A stretch of DNA of 64,000 nucleotides from Candidatus Hydrogenedentota bacterium (GCA_045863335.1 BTVY01000027.1:34369-98368), one strand, 5' to 3'; shown: positions 1 to 9,838, counted from the first letter of the stretch. A program made the numbers and translations. Notes: generated by a model from the letters alone, not told the origin.

Positions 1-10
1 GCTGGCTCCC

Positions 11-39
11 TTGCGGACGTGCATAGGCCGTGCTATACT
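11..39 (+). promoter_or_regulatory. sigma70-type promoter upstream of fliM
   Basis: TTGCGG(11-16), 17 bp spacer, TATACT(34-39), with TG at 31-32 (extended -10). Confidence 0.55.
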
Positions 40-76
40 CGCGCCACTGGGATCAATGGGTTGGAGCTGTCGCGCA

Positions 77-1063
77 ATGGCGGATATTCTAAGTCAGGAC
101 GAAGTAGACCTCCTCCTGAGCGCCGTCTCCAAGGGCGAGGTGGAAGTTCCGGACGACGTCGAAGAGCGTGCCGACACCCGGGATATGATGCACTATGACT
201 TCCGCCGTCCCGAACGTGTTTCCAAAGAACAGCTTAAGGGGCTTCAAAGCCTTTTCGAAGCCTTCGCGCGCGAATTGAGTATCGCCTTGCCGCCTTTCTT
301 GCGGACCGTGGTCCGGGTTGACCTCGTTTCCATCGATCAGCTCACTTACGACGAGTTCATACTCTCTGTGTCCCGGCCCACGTCCATGTCGGTTATCAAC
401 ATGGCGCCCCTTGAAGGCAATGCGGTGATCGACCTGAGCCCCACGATCGTGTTTCCCGTGGTGGACCGCATCCTTGGCGGCAAGGGTGTGGGCATGAGCA
501 AGCCCCGGGAACTGACCGAAATCGAAAACCGCATCGTCCATCGCATCATGCTGATGATCCTGGAGAGTCTGAAGCGGTCCTGGGAGCAACTCATCGAATT
601 CAAACTGAGTGTGGTGCACCAGGAAAGCGATCCCCTGATTGTGCAAATTGTGGCGGGGAGCGAAATGGTGATCCTGGTCGCCTACGAAATCCACATCGTC
701 GAGACCGTTGGCTCCATGAACATGTGCATCCCGTTGATGGTGTTGAATCCGATCCTGGATCAGATCTCGCAGCAGACGCGATTCATCCGCCGCATGACGC
801 GGGAAATGGCGGAGAAGACGCGCACGCAGATTCTCCGGGCGATTCGCCGCGCCCAGGTTCCCGTGGATCCGATTCTCGGGCGCGCGCAACTGCCCCTCGA
901 AGACATCATCAATCTCCAGGTTGGGGATATCGTGCAGTTGGATTCCGATGTGAAATCGCCGATCAGCGTTGAGGTCGGGGGAATTCCGCGCTTCAAGGCC
1001 CATTGCGGCAAGCGCGGGGAACTGAGCGCAATTCAGCTTCACACGCCGACGCGTGACGACTAA
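77..1063 (+). CDS. fliM: flagellar motor switch protein FliM
   Basis: MADILSQDEVDLLL CheY-binding N-terminus, YDFRRPERVSKEQL, C-terminal SpoA domain. Start moved to ATG 77, after GGAG. Confidence 0.95.
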   Translation: MADILSQDEVDLLLSAVSKGEVEVPDDVEERADTRDMMHYDFRRPERVSKEQLKGLQSLFEAFARELSIALPPFLRTVVRVDLVSIDQLTYDEFILSVSRPTSMSVINMAPLEGNAVIDLSPTIVFPVVDRILGGKGVGMSKPRELTEIENRIVHRIMLMILESLKRSWEQLIEFKLSVVHQESDPLIVQIVAGSEMVILVAYEIHIVETVGSMNMCIPLMVLNPILDQISQQTRFIRRMTREMAEKTRTQILRAIRRAQVPVDPILGRAQLPLEDIINLQVGDIVQLDSDVKSPISVEVGGIPRFKAHCGKRGELSAIQLHTPTRDD

Positions 1064-1077
1064 GAACCGGGGCTTTC

Positions 1078-2040
1078 ATGAACGCAGCCGCCGCTGAAAC
1101 TTTCGCTCGCGGATACCTGGCAGGCTTTTTTGATGTCGTGTCGGCGCTGACCGGAGGCGCCGCGGCCGCGACTCCGGATTCGCCTGCGCCCCTGACGCAA
1201 CCGGATTGGACGAAGACCGCCGCCGCGTGCGCCATGACGCTTCGGACTCCCATAAAAGATGGCGGCACGATCGCGGTGCTGCTGCCGGGGGAAACCGCCG
1301 CACAGATCTATGCGGCCGCAATGGGTGACGATTCGATCAATGCCGATCAAATCGGCAGCGCGGACCAGGCATCGTTGCGCGAAGTGTTTGAGCCGTGCCT
1401 GGGCAGCGGGGTCAGCCACTTCAAGGAGAAGTATGGTGTCGTACTCGAAATCGCTTCCCTGGAATTGGCGATTGGTCCTGGCGACGCGGCCGCGCTGAAG
1501 GATGCGCTGGGTCAAGACGCGTGCGCGGTTGCTTTTGCAGCAACGGTGGGATCATCCCCGCCACGTCGCGGAGTGTTGCTGTTTTCGGCTCGTTTTGAGA
1601 CCATTGTCCCGGCGAAAGCGGCAGCGACCAGCACGGCCGATACAGGAGGTACAGGCGTGGGAGAATCCCTGAACCCAGAAGACGTGAACGAAATCTTGCG
1701 AGCAAACCCCGAAGAATTGGATGTCGAGCCTCCGGGCAGAGCCAAACCCGTCGCGGACAAGGCGTCCACGGAATCGCTGGCTCGCAATCTCGACATGGTA
1801 CTCGACATTCGCCTGGTGGCGACGGCGCGCTTGGGCCGAGTGGAGATGCCTATCAGCGAGATTCTGTCCCTCGGCCCGGGTTCTATCATCGAGGTGGGGC
1901 ACTTGGTGGACGAGCCGGTCGAACTTCTGGTGAACGATAAACTCATTGCGCGGGGCGATGTGGTCGTGGTTGACGAAAAATTCGGGCTTCGCATTACCGA
2001 GATCGTCAGCCCCCGCGAGCGAATTGAAAGCCTCCGGTAG
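1078..2040 (+). CDS. fliN: flagellar motor switch protein FliN/FliY-like (degenerate CheC-like N-terminus plus FliN domain)
   Basis: C-terminal NLDMVLDI...LGPGSIIE...EPVELLVNDKLIARGDVVVVDEKFGLRITEIVS. Follows fliM. Confidence 0.9.
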   Translation: MNAAAAETFARGYLAGFFDVVSALTGGAAAATPDSPAPLTQPDWTKTAAACAMTLRTPIKDGGTIAVLLPGETAAQIYAAAMGDDSINADQIGSADQASLREVFEPCLGSGVSHFKEKYGVVLEIASLELAIGPGDAAALKDALGQDACAVAFAATVGSSPPRRGVLLFSARFETIVPAKAAATSTADTGGTGVGESLNPEDVNEILRANPEELDVEPPGRAKPVADKASTESLARNLDMVLDIRLVATARLGRVEMPISEILSLGPGSIIEVGHLVDEPVELLVNDKLIARGDVVVVDEKFGLRITEIVSPRERIESLR

Positions 2041-2067
2041 TGGCCCCCTTCATGGATTTGCGACACG

Positions 2068-2820
2068 ATGGCGGATGAAAAGGCACTCTGGTCTCGATGG
2101 AAGGAACGAGGCGACCTTGAAGCCCGCGAGGCGCTGATCGTCCGGCACATGAAAATCGTCAAATACGTGGCGGGCCGGATGGCCATCCACGTGCCCTCCA
2201 GCATCGACATGGACGATCTGGTCGGCTGGGGCGTGCTGGGCCTCATGGACGCCGTCGAGAAGTACGATCACACCCAGGACATCAAGTTCACGACGTATGC
2301 GTCCATCCGCGTTCGTGGCGCGATTCTCGATCAAATCCGATCCCTTGACTGGGCCCCGCGATCTCTGCGGGCCATGGCGCGTAAGGTCGCCAATGCGCGC
2401 GACCAGTTGCGCCAGGAGCAGGGCCGGGAACCGACCAACGAGTCCATCGCCGAACGCCTGGGCACTACGGAAGACCAGGTCGACGATACCGTCTACCAGC
2501 TCCAGACCGCGCAAATTCTTTCGTTGCAAGACTATATCCCGGCCGGAGACGATGGGGAGTCCCGCAAGCTCGACGTTACGGTGGATGAACGGGCGGTGAA
2601 TCCGAACACCGGACTCCTCGATAAGGAGAAGCAGGATCACATCGCGAATGCCATCCTCCAGTTACCGGATCAGCAACAAAAAGTGTTAAACTTGTATTAC
2701 TTTGAAGAGTTGACGCTGAAGGAAATCGGCGCCGTTCTTGAAGTCTCGGAATCGCGCGTGTGTCAAATCCACAGCGCGGCCATGAAAACCCTTCGCAAGG
2801 CCGTGCGAGGAGGTGGCTGA
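2068..2820 (+). CDS. fliA: RNA polymerase sigma-28 factor FliA/WhiG
   Basis: KFTTYASIRVRGAILDQIRSLDWAPRS and LYYFEELTLKEIGAVLEVSESRVCQIHS. Confidence 0.95.
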   Translation: MADEKALWSRWKERGDLEAREALIVRHMKIVKYVAGRMAIHVPSSIDMDDLVGWGVLGLMDAVEKYDHTQDIKFTTYASIRVRGAILDQIRSLDWAPRSLRAMARKVANARDQLRQEQGREPTNESIAERLGTTEDQVDDTVYQLQTAQILSLQDYIPAGDDGESRKLDVTVDERAVNPNTGLLDKEKQDHIANAILQLPDQQQKVLNLYYFEELTLKEIGAVLEVSESRVCQIHSAAMKTLRKAVRGGG

Positions 2821-3158
2821 TGCCGCAGCCCGTCGATCTGCAGACCGAAATTGCCCGCATCACGGCGGCCGAACGCATCCAGCAGGCCGCCGACCGCGCG
2901 TCCCTTGCCGCGCAGCAGCGCGGCGCCGCGGAAATCGAGGAAACCCGTGTCGCCGTCGAGACCCAGGTGCAGCAGACGGACGAGACCGCCAATGAACGGG
3001 TAGACGAGAAGGGCCGGCGCAGAAATCCCTTTGTGGGCAGGCGGCGCAAGAAGGGGCAGCAAGGGGACGCCGAATCGCCCCACGCGAAAACGAAGGCGGG
3101 TGACCTTCGCGTGATTCCGGAGGGGACCGAGGAACACAAGCTGGATATCACGATTTAG
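2820..3158 (+). CDS. conserved hypothetical flagellar-cluster protein
   Basis: ATG overlaps the fliA stop (TGATG). MPQPVDLQ start, Q/A-rich helix, basic patch, ends HKLDITI. Confidence 0.75.
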   Translation: MPQPVDLQTEIARITAAERIQQAADRASLAAQQRGAAEIEETRVAVETQVQQTDETANERVDEKGRRRNPFVGRRRKKGQQGDAESPHAKTKAGDLRVIPEGTEEHKLDITI

Positions 3159-3235
3159 CTTGTGGCTGGTGTAGAGTCCCATGGTGCAGCGACTTGAGCC
3201 GCCGGTGCGGCGGCTTGTGCAATCGTCGAGTGATC

Positions 3236-4108
3236 ATGTTGGAAAACCTGCAAGATAGCCTTTTCGCAGCCGGTGTGCTGGTTTTGTTTGGCGCGCTCAT
3301 CTTGCTGTTCATGTACATCTTCCGGCGCGAATACGTCCACCGGTCCTCGAGTCTGAAACAATCGCGCGATGACCTCGCCAACATGATGATTCTCCTTCAG
3401 ACCATGCGGGACCTGCTCGATCAACAGAAACTTCTCGCGCGTCAGCTCAACGCCAGTCTCGACAAGAAAGTCACCTTCATTCGGGAAAGCGTGGATTCCG
3501 CGATGAAGGATCTGGAGGAACTGCGGGCCGGAATCAAGCAGGCGGCGGCCGCGCAAGCGCAACGCGCTCAGGAGACCAATGGACGGAAGGAGGAGTCTCA
3601 AGGTCCCAACGGCCACGACTCCCGGACGCACGAGCCACCGCGCAAAACTCCCCATCTGACCGTGGTCGAACGCGGGAAGGACGAGGAGCGGGAAGAGCGC
3701 CCATCGTTGCAGTTGCTCGCGCTGCCCAAAGCGCCTCCGGGAGATGAGGATATCATCGAGTCTTGGGTGGGGCTGGACTTTGGCGGCGATGAACCGGATC
3801 CCTTTGCATTCGAGGTGCCGGAGACTCCCCCCGAAGCGCCGGAAGACGCGGAGGCGGCGCGCGAAGCGTTTCGCGCCTTGCTCAACCTGGAGCCGCAACC
3901 CGCGGTCAAGGCGCAAGCCATCACCGGCAGCGCGACCCACCATGCGGTAAGTGCCGGCGGTAACGGCAGGAACCTGTCGCCGCTTCATTCCCGCGTGTAC
4001 GAATACAACGACGCGGGCATGACCGTCGCGCAGATCGCGCAGGAAATTGGCATCGGCAAGGGGGAAGTACGGCTGATCTTGAGCCTGCGCAAGAACAGGA
4101 GCGACTGA
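3236..4108 (+). CDS. membrane-anchored coiled-coil protein with C-terminal HTH-like domain (DUF6115/DUF2802-like)
   Basis: N-terminal TM, coiled coil, C-terminal GMTVAQIAQEIGIGKGEVRLILSL. Confidence 0.75.
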   Translation: MLENLQDSLFAAGVLVLFGALILLFMYIFRREYVHRSSSLKQSRDDLANMMILLQTMRDLLDQQKLLARQLNASLDKKVTFIRESVDSAMKDLEELRAGIKQAAAAQAQRAQETNGRKEESQGPNGHDSRTHEPPRKTPHLTVVERGKDEEREERPSLQLLALPKAPPGDEDIIESWVGLDFGGDEPDPFAFEVPETPPEAPEDAEAAREAFRALLNLEPQPAVKAQAITGSATHHAVSAGGNGRNLSPLHSRVYEYNDAGMTVAQIAQEIGIGKGEVRLILSLRKNRSD

Positions 4109-4109
4109 G

Positions 4110-5336
4110 TTGGCCGGTCTCGGCGGTGTCAGCCCGATTACGTTCTCCGTGTACGCGCAGTCCGCGGTGATCTCCGCGCTCCGGCCGGGTCAAGTGGCCG
4201 AGGGCACCGTGCAGGCCAATGAGAAGGGCCTGTTGCTTCGCATTGGCAACCTCGACATTCCCATTGAACCCGTATCCGGGATTCAACCCGGCAGCCGCGT
4301 CTCGGTCGAGTTGGTGCGAACCAATGAAGGCCCACAACTCCGCGTCACGACGGTACCGACCCCGCCCGCGACAACCAGTTCTGCCCCGGCATCGACAACG
4401 GCGCCTCCGCAATTGCCGGCAGTTCTTACCAGCGTACTGGAATCCCTGAATCGGCTCGACGTGATCCGGCAAGCGGTTCATCTGTTGCCCCGCGATCTTC
4501 CCCACAATGAAAACGCCATACGGCAAGTGCTCTCGCTCTACCTCGCCCGCGGGCAGGTCGGACGGGACCTGGCACAAATTACGCAATTGGTCCGGCAAGC
4601 CGTGGACGCCGGCGTGATTGTGGAACGCGATATCTCCGCCGTCGCCGCGTTTCTCCGGTTGGCTTCGTCCGAAGGCGGGGACGACGCGCTCGCGTTGTTG
4701 CGCCGCTCCACGGAACAATCCGGGAAGCCGCTTGAAGCGCGCCTCGCTGCGGCCGTTGCCGCGGGAAAGGTCGATGCGCTGCTTGCCGAGTTGGACCAGG
4801 ATGTGGCGGTACAGTTGCACCGCCTGCGGGCGACCGACGCGCTCCGCACGTTTCTGCGCCGGGCCGGGCGGCTCGCGGACTTCGACAACGCTGTCGATCG
4901 GACAATCGACCGCTTTTCCGCAGGCCATTTGCAGAACCTTCGTGCCGCGGAGATGCCGTACCATTTTCTCGAGGTGCCTTTCGATCCGAACGCCATGAAC
5001 GCGCAGGCGCAAATCCACATCTTCGGCGAGGGTGGTGGAAAAGGGAAAGCGTTTGACCCCGACAATTCCACGGTGGTCATCGATCTCGCAACAACCAATC
5101 TCGGCGACCTGTGGATATCGCTGAACATGACCCGGGGCGCGTGCCAGTGTTGGATCCGCGCCACGGACGTCGATGTCGTGCGCGCCGTGGAAGAGACCGC
5201 CGGCGAGCTTGCCGGAAGGCTTGAGGCGAGCGGATACCCCGGTGCACAGGTTCATGCCACGTTGTGGGATGGAAATCGCATCAAAGAGGCGGCAAATCTA
5301 CTGCGCCGGTTTGAAGGGATCAGTCTGGAAGCATGA
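4110..5336 (+). CDS. flagellar hook-length control protein FliK-like
   Basis: P/T/S-rich linker. C-terminal IDLATTNLGDLWISL...ELAGRLEASGY resembles the FliK C-domain. Coupled to an FlhB-like gene. TTG start. Confidence 0.65.
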   Translation: MAGLGGVSPITFSVYAQSAVISALRPGQVAEGTVQANEKGLLLRIGNLDIPIEPVSGIQPGSRVSVELVRTNEGPQLRVTTVPTPPATTSSAPASTTAPPQLPAVLTSVLESLNRLDVIRQAVHLLPRDLPHNENAIRQVLSLYLARGQVGRDLAQITQLVRQAVDAGVIVERDISAVAAFLRLASSEGGDDALALLRRSTEQSGKPLEARLAAAVAAGKVDALLAELDQDVAVQLHRLRATDALRTFLRRAGRLADFDNAVDRTIDRFSAGHLQNLRAAEMPYHFLEVPFDPNAMNAQAQIHIFGEGGGKGKAFDPDNSTVVIDLATTNLGDLWISLNMTRGACQCWIRATDVDVVRAVEETAGELAGRLEASGYPGAQVHATLWDGNRIKEAANLLRRFEGISLEA

Positions 5337-5620
5337 ACGAGGATAAGCCAAAACCCGGCCGCAAAGCCGTGGCGCTACGGTACGACGCGCAAGAGGACAG
5401 CGCGCCGCGCGTTGTGGCGAAAGGAAACCGCCTGCTCGCGGAACGCATCATCGAGATCGCCCGCGAGAACGAAATCCCCATTCATGAAGATCCCGATCTC
5501 GTCGCCGTGCTTTCCAAGCTGGATGTGGATCGCGAGATTCCTGAATTGCTCTACAAGGCGGTTGCCGAGGTCCTCGCCTACGTGTACCGGCTGAACCAGT
5601 CCTTTCAGCGCGGGCAATGA
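5333..5620 (+). CDS. FlhB C-terminal-like (EscU/YscU family, YlqH-type) small protein
   Basis: KAVALRYD...APRVVAKG...IPELLYKAVAEVLAYVY. Confidence 0.9.
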   Translation: MNEDKPKPGRKAVALRYDAQEDSAPRVVAKGNRLLAERIIEIARENEIPIHEDPDLVAVLSKLDVDREIPELLYKAVAEVLAYVYRLNQSFQRGQ

Positions 5621-5627
5621 CTTTCGT

Positions 5628-6755
5628 TCATGGCTTCTTGACGAACTGCTGATAGCTGTCGACGAACTTCGTCTTGACCTTACGCCGCGCCGCGCGGAGC
5701 GCCTTAACTTCCCTTTCATCCGTGATGGCGCCGAACTCCAGCGTAACGGACTTGCTTTCGCCCGGGCGCAGCGAGTGGAGCAGCCCTGACTTCTCATCGA
5801 CCTGTCGGCCTTCCACGCCGCAGTTGCAGGGTTCGAATCCGACGACATAGTCCTGTTCGCCCATTTGTTTCCACTCGACGAAACGCGGCAGTTCCTTCGT
5901 GTTGTACGTGAGAGATACGCCGAACCCGTCGCCCGATGCAAAACCATCGTTCACAATTGCGACGGTCGCTCTGCCACTTCGATCCCCGGCGACGTCGTGG
6001 TAATACACCTTTTCCTTGTAGCCATGGATCGGCGGTTCGCACTGCCACCAGTCCTTCTTGCCATCGGCGGCCTCGGCGTCGCGCGGAGCGACGTGCTTGC
6101 TCGGCACGATCATTTCCGAACCCGCATCCACCGCGGGCCACCCGATGTTGCAGTGGTACAGGAGTTGGTATTTCGTCGGTTTGAAACCCTCGTTCGTCAC
6201 GACATCGTGTATCGTGAAACTACGCGAACCGAGCTTCGTCGAGACCGTACGCCGTAGCGTCAGGTTTTCGCCGAAGACCACCGTCTCCCGCATGGTGCCG
6301 CTCACGCTCATCACGTAATCGTTTTCGCGCCACTCCTGTGTAACGCAGATGTCTTTGGCGGGCGCATTGCCGATGCGGCCATGCAATCCGGTTCCACGCA
6401 GCGCGCTTTCCTCCGCCGGAGCACCCACATTCATGAGACCGCAGGTGGTCACCAGGCCGCCGAAATAGCTGCGCAGCCAGCGCAATCCTTCGGCCTCGTA
6501 ATAACCCGGCGCCACATCGCCCGTCGTCGAGCGCCAGCCCATGGCCTTCCCTTGAAAACTTGCCGACGCGATGTCGAGACAACGGTCGAGCAGCACCGTC
6601 AACTCCAGCCCGCTCCCCGTCCGGATGATCGCCGCGCGCGTGGGGCGCTCGTTGCCGTCGTCGAGTTGGACCGTGCGCACGCCCGCGATCTGGTCCATGT
6701 TGCCCACGCGCTTGCGCAATTCCCGGACGGAGTACTTCTTCCCGTAAATTTCCAT
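5628..6755 (-). CDS. aldose 1-epimerase family protein (DUF4432)
   Basis: DRCLDI, GLVTTCGLMNVGAP, LHGRIGN, LLYHCNIGWP, GFEPCN motifs. ATG 6755 after AAGGAG. Confidence 0.85.
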   Translation of the reverse strand: MEIYGKKYSVRELRKRVGNMDQIAGVRTVQLDDGNERPTRAAIIRTGSGLELTVLLDRCLDIASASFQGKAMGWRSTTGDVAPGYYEAEGLRWLRSYFGGLVTTCGLMNVGAPAEESALRGTGLHGRIGNAPAKDICVTQEWRENDYVMSVSGTMRETVVFGENLTLRRTVSTKLGSRSFTIHDVVTNEGFKPTKYQLLYHCNIGWPAVDAGSEMIVPSKHVAPRDAEAADGKKDWWQCEPPIHGYKEKVYYHDVAGDRSGRATVAIVNDGFASGDGFGVSLTYNTKELPRFVEWKQMGEQDYVVGFEPCNCGVEGRQVDEKSGLLHSLRPGESKSVTLEFGAITDEREVKALRAARRKVKTKFVDSYQQFVKKP

Positions 6756-6779
6756 GGTCACACTCCTTCGCATTGATAC

Positions 6780-7757
6780 CTATCGATCGCCGGACTCGTG
6801 ACGGCGTCTCATCTCTTCAAAAACGGCCCGCATTTCCGGCGGAAGCTCCTCCGCGGAATTATAGGTGCGCACATTGCCGTCGGCGTCTTTGACGGTAATG
6901 CGCTCCGTGCGGATCACCTCGTGCTGGAATCCCGAGCCGCTGCTTTCACCCAGCCTTGCCATCAACGACTCCACTTCACCCTGCAACTCCGGAGGGACGT
7001 TGCCAAAGGTCTTCGTGAAACGCTTGGTTACCACGGGTCCGCGACGGCGGTATCCACTCCGGCGAACGGATCGGAAGGGGTCGGCCTCTGTTACGACAGG
7101 ACCCTGGTACTCAACCCCCGTCAGGCGGCGCAATGCATCCACGAACGTCGTCACGCGTTCCGGCAATCGATCGGTGGAAGTGGGAGGGAACTGCGAGTGA
7201 TCCACATGAAATTCCAACGAAGTCCCCGTGCCGCCGCGCGCCGGATCGCTGTAGGTCAACACGATCCACCGGTACCCGTTGCTGTGGTTCCCGCCGGAGC
7301 TCGTCTGTTCGCGCGCGATGACGCTGAGGGGTGACAAGGATGCGCCAGGGCAGGAAACCGTTCGCGGCCAGAGCTGCCGCCGCGCGATCACGAGATCGCC
7401 GCGAACGTCCTGGCGGATCGACAACTGTTCGATCAGCGCCAGCAACGGAATGAGAATCGCGCTGCCTCCCAGCAAACCCGTGAGAGCGATCCTTGCGTAA
7501 CGCAATCCTGTGGCCACCTGCTCGTCCGGCCCGGCAACGCCGACCTCGGTTCCGCGCGGTTCCAGGATCGTCAAGCGGCTGATGGTTTCGCGATAGCCAT
7601 ACTGCACGCCGACGATAAGAACGATCGCAACGAAACTCCAGACAAGCCGGCGCAGCAGCGTCTTCATACCCGGACGATACACGAGCGACTCGTCCGTGTT
7701 TCGATAGACGTTCCAGTCGGCGAAGTTGAATTGGTGCGAATTCGACGTCCCGAACAT
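6780..7757 (-). CDS. hypothetical membrane protein
   Basis: Two TM segments, GAGGGAG RBS, C-terminal DADGNVRTYNSAEELPPEMR. Confidence 0.7.
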   Translation of the reverse strand: MFGTSNSHQFNFADWNVYRNTDESLVYRPGMKTLLRRLVWSFVAIVLIVGVQYGYRETISRLTILEPRGTEVGVAGPDEQVATGLRYARIALTGLLGGSAILIPLLALIEQLSIRQDVRGDLVIARRQLWPRTVSCPGASLSPLSVIAREQTSSGGNHSNGYRWIVLTYSDPARGGTGTSLEFHVDHSQFPPTSTDRLPERVTTFVDALRRLTGVEYQGPVVTEADPFRSVRRSGYRRRGPVVTKRFTKTFGNVPPELQGEVESLMARLGESSGSGFQHEVIRTERITVKDADGNVRTYNSAEELPPEMRAVFEEMRRRHESGDR

Positions 7758-7853
7758 GACCCGCTCCCTCACGTAGCGCGGTTAGTGGCAACGCATCCTC
7801 GTCAGCTTAGCACAGTTTTGTGAATAGCGCATCGTCTCTAATCGTCTCAAATC

Positions 7854-7941
7854 ATGAATTGGCCGCAAAAGAGCGCAATGAACTCAAAAAGTGGTAACGA
7901 GTCACTCTCGCGTTCCATGCGTTTTTTTGCGGCGAGTTCAT
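7854..7941. repeat. imperfect 30-bp inverted repeat (GCCGCAAAA-type doublet)
   Basis: ATGAATTGGCCGCAAAAGAGCGCAATGAAC (7854-7883) versus reverse complement of 7912-7941, ATGAACTCGCCGCAAAAAAACGCATGGAAC. Confidence 0.7.
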
Positions 7942-8033
7942 TCCTTCCCTCGACAGTGGATCCCGACGGAAGAATCTCATCAATGAATGGGCGTTCGCCC
8001 ACTGCCTACGCCACGCCGTGGAATTGCATATTC

Positions 8034-8055
8034 CAAATCTGAGATCTCAGATTTG
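8034..8055. repeat. perfect 22-bp palindrome
   Basis: CAAATCTGAGA|TCTCAGATTTG. Confidence 0.85.
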
Positions 8056-8182
8056 AAATCGATACCGATTCTCAGATCACGAACGCCGTTGAGGCTGGTA
8101 GGATCTGGATGCCGGAATCGACTGGCTCAGTCCGCCTTCCCCAACGCAGGCCCGTCTCCAGTATCGCGCGCGCCTCGCACTC

Positions 8183-8191
8183 TGGTACGAT
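8183..8191 (+). promoter_or_regulatory. extended -10 element, probable leaderless transcript
   Basis: TGGTACGAT followed by 6 nt and then ATG 8198. No Shine-Dalgarno. Confidence 0.5.
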
Positions 8192-8197
8192 TCCGCT

Positions 8198-9772
8198 ATG
8201 CGACTCAACCTGGAACCCATCGAGCCCGCGCTCAGCGACGCCCGCGAACGCTTGAAATCGCGCGACACGAACGACGCAGAAGTACACTGCGCCCTGCGTG
8301 CCGCGCGCGACTTCCTCGAACTGCATCGTGAGACCCAGCCGGAGGAATACGATCTGCATCCGCTGCTCGCCGAAGTGAACGCGGGTTATCCGCACGTGCA
8401 CGTTGACAACAGCCGGTCTGTTCTCCAGTGCCGGGGTGATCGCGAGCAGGTTGGCGCCGGAATCCGGGCCGCCATTCAGAGCATGGAGTTCGAAGCGGAT
8501 ACCGACTTGAAGATGTCCATTGAACTTGACGGCGAGGTCCCCTTGCTCTGTCTGGAGTTGGACGGCCCGGGGATGATGCATGATCCCTGGCTCTTAGGCG
8601 GGCACGTGTGGATCGGATGGGACGCGCTCGAGCCCTGCTGGACCCGCGCCACGCGCGGCGGCCGGTTCGACCGGCGTCCCGGCGCTATCGAGCTGCGGTT
8701 GGCCGGAATCCGCGTAATTCCGGAAAGTTCGCCGCCTCCCGCCGAACTGCTCGATGCGGTGCGTACGGCCGAGCGTTCGATGCGCATGGTCGCCGGCGAT
8801 GCGTCAGACGATTCGGCGGCCGATCGAACTGCAGCCTTGGCCGCGATTGAGCGCGCCTTGCAGGTCATCGATGGCGAAAGCGGTCGCGGCCCCGAGCCTG
8901 CCGATATCCCGGCATTGCTCGCGGAGACGGTGGAGGAGCGGCTTCCAAATCTGGAGCGGTGTTCAATTACTTGTGAGTACCAGACTGCGGCCGACTCGCC
9001 GGCCATCGTCGTGAGCCGCGCGCGCTTGCGCTCGGCCTTTGCAAATTTCCTGAACTGGGCGCCCGAATCCCTCGCGCGCGGCGGGGCGGTGTCCATCGTG
9101 TTCGACTACGACCCGTCCAAGCGGCAGGCGGAATTGCTCGTGGACTACACGGGCACGCAATTCGACCGATCCAGCTCGAGGCTCTTGCCTTCCATTCGGC
9201 GCGCGGTAGAAGAAATCCACCGCGGTCACGTAGAGGTAACCGACCACGATTCAGGCCTGAGCGTCGTTCTCACCATCCCCGATCCCGTCGGCCGCGAACT
9301 CGACGCCTGGATTCCCGGTTTCGACGCGTTCTCGGACCGCTCGCGTCAAATGCTGCGCCTGTTGAAAAGCGGCGGCCCCACGCCCCCGGAGGATTTCATC
9401 CTGGGTGGCGTACTTGAGGAAGAGCTGGAACGCTTGCTCCTTTCCCGGATTTCCGTCGCGCCGGCGACGAACCTCGCCCACGACCTCAAGGTGGCCCCGT
9501 CCGGCTTGCCCGGTTCGTCCACGGAACGGCTGGACAAGGCCCTCACCCAGATCCGGAAAGGCAAGCCCAAGAAGGAAATCTGCAAACCCCAATACGCAGC
9601 CGAAATTATCTGGGCGTTTCGTTTGGACGAACGCCACCGCGCCGCCCTCGGCGTGGAGGCCTTGGATGAAAGCGCGTTGCGTACACTATGCACGGAGATG
9701 CTGAATGCCCCGCCCGGCTACGTGACGGCCCTACAGATGCTTGCGAGGTGCCGCGGCAAGTCCTCTCTCTAA
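8198..9772 (+). CDS. hypothetical protein with two degenerate HATPase-like domains
   Basis: RGDREQV...LELDGPG and RARLRSAFANFLNWAPESLARGGAVSI...HRGHVEV...LSVVLTIP. No H-box seen. Confidence 0.7.
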   Translation: MRLNLEPIEPALSDARERLKSRDTNDAEVHCALRAARDFLELHRETQPEEYDLHPLLAEVNAGYPHVHVDNSRSVLQCRGDREQVGAGIRAAIQSMEFEADTDLKMSIELDGEVPLLCLELDGPGMMHDPWLLGGHVWIGWDALEPCWTRATRGGRFDRRPGAIELRLAGIRVIPESSPPPAELLDAVRTAERSMRMVAGDASDDSAADRTAALAAIERALQVIDGESGRGPEPADIPALLAETVEERLPNLERCSITCEYQTAADSPAIVVSRARLRSAFANFLNWAPESLARGGAVSIVFDYDPSKRQAELLVDYTGTQFDRSSSRLLPSIRRAVEEIHRGHVEVTDHDSGLSVVLTIPDPVGRELDAWIPGFDAFSDRSRQMLRLLKSGGPTPPEDFILGGVLEEELERLLLSRISVAPATNLAHDLKVAPSGLPGSSTERLDKALTQIRKGKPKKEICKPQYAAEIIWAFRLDERHRAALGVEALDESALRTLCTEMLNAPPGYVTALQMLARCRGKSSL

Positions 9773-9838
9773 ACGGGATTCGCATGGTAGAATAGCGGCG
9801 CGAGATTGTACCGAATCAGCTTGTGAGACGGAATCATC

